64,000 nucleotides of DNA. Source: Phoronis australis (lineage: Eukaryota > Animalia > Phoronida). Shown in pieces: positions 62,630 to 64,000 of this stretch. The DNA lies in the NCBI GenBank assembly GCA_002633005.1, contig NMRA01000597.1, forward strand, positions 53,988 through 117,987. The letters are read 5' to 3'. The position numbers and the translations under genes are program-made. Below the pieces are notes generated by a model, which was not told the origin of the DNA, ran no database searches, and saw only the letters and a list, made by a program, of their open reading frames with translations. The first letter of the stretch is position 1. Each line of letters begins with the position of its first letter.

Positions 62630-64000
62630 CTACAGAGTAATGACGCTCACTGTATTTAAGCTATCACGTTCGTGATACGCCTTCAACAAATTGGCATGAA
62701 AGATCTTAATCTTGCCGTTCATGTTGATTCTGTCGTCTATACGATTGACTTTTTCTTTAACCTTGTAAGGCCCCTTCCACTGCAGTGTAAGCTTATTGTG
62801 GTCTGTGGGAAGTAATACTAACACTCTTTGCCCCACTTGAAACTGCCTATCTCTAGCCTTCTTGTCATAGTAACGCTTGTGAATACCCTGTGCATTATAC
62901 AAGCCTTTTCTAGCCAACTCACAGGTCTCCTCTAAGTGGTTCCTGAGCTCTAAGACATACTGGTAAGTATTACGGACTTCGTTGCTGTCTTCCCCTGTCC
63001 AGAGTTCACTCAGTATTCGCATCGGACCTCTTACTGATCTGTCGTATAACAACTCAAAAGGTGGAAATCCTGTGCTTGATTGCGGGACTTCCCGGTAAGC
63101 AAACAGGACAGCTGGCAGATCCCGGTCCCAATCCTTTGGTCTGTCTTGACACATCTTCTTCAGCATGGCTTTTAGAACACAGTTGATTCTTTCCCACACC
63201 AGTTACAGCGTGGATTGTAAGGGGTCGTGTACAGCTGCTGTGCACTCACAAGTCTGCTGACCTCCTTCATCAGTTCCACTGTGAACTGCGTTACACGATC
63301 ACTCAGGATTTCTCGTGGGAAGTCTACTCTACTGAAGACTTCTAATAATGCTTCAGCCACACGCTCTGTCTCAATCTTCGGTAGCACCACCGCTTCTGGA
63401 TACCTGGTAGCGAAATCTACCACCGTGAGAATGTATCTGTTTCCCTTGTCGGAAACTGGAGCTATAGGACCAATCAGATCAATCACGATCCTTTTGAAAG
63501 GCTCCTCCATCAAAGGCATATCTCCCAGGGGTACCTTGGTCACTCGACCTTTCGAGATTATCTTCTGACAGATGTCGCATGATCTGCAGAATCTGGTCAC
63601 TTCTGGTGCCACTCCTGGCGAATAGAAGTTTCTGGCGATACGGTCAGTTGTCTCCCTAACTCCGAGGTGCCTTTGGTCTGTCGCTGAACTTTGGCTTCAG
63701 CTTGCTCCCATAACTTTTTCATTGATGAATCTTCATGCTGGGATTCCTTGAACTGCTTTAGTCCCACCTCTTGTATGGTCGGGGACACAGCAAACGTTTA
63801 ATGTCCGATTTTTGTCGCTCAGCCTGTGCCCTGGTAGTCACTGCTACCGCTTCCCTGCTGGATTCATCAGGATCTGTTCCTACCGACATGTCGGCCACCT
63901 CTTCTCTCTCTGGAGTTGAGGTCACAGGGTTTTCCTCTTGGGAAGTAGTGCCTTTCTGAGAGTCATCTTTCGGACCCTCCGCTAGGCTATTGCTTATATC
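62630..64000 (-). mobile_element. Gypsy (Gmr1-like) integrase region, frameshifted; the element continues past the window edge
   Basis: HLGVRET...RFCRSCDICQK (zinc finger); IVIDLIGP, ILSDRVTQF, ERINCVLK (DDE); QWKGPYKV...FHANLLK (GPY/F); upstream linker AVTTRAQA. Confidence 0.92.

Overview
Eukaryotic, AT-rich, repeat-dense DNA. The repeat repertoire suggests a marine invertebrate, probably a lophotrochozoan such as a mollusc; this is inference. One convincing host gene can be reconstructed on the + strand from three coding exons (36189-36220, 39032-39295, 45297-46074; 357 aa). It encodes a type II membrane protein with a DxD motif, a putative uncharacterised glycosyltransferase. Almost everything else is decayed and often nested mobile DNA. 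DNA transposons: two ISL2EU-type elements with AT target-site duplications (TSDs), one splitting a Harbinger Myb/SANT gene and one carrying convergent THAP-transposase and SAP/YqaJ relics; Kolobok-like TTAA elements; a THAP gene split by a 6-bp-TSD element; three MITE families with CA..TG ends and 5-bp TSDs; an EnSpm/CACTA-type element; a Helentron-type HINE dimer in intron 1; a hairpin element carrying a tRNA-like sequence; and a Sola3-like transposase relic. Retroelements: L1, CR1/L2 and Penelope fragments, and the 3' half of a Gmr1-like Gypsy element with no RT after its integrase. An orphan Cys/His zinc-finger ORF with an E2F/CCAAT-like promoter lies at about 0.6-1.5 kb. There is a 328-nt assembly gap and an artefactual duplication around the N at 1221. 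All family assignments come from reading motifs by eye; no searches were run.
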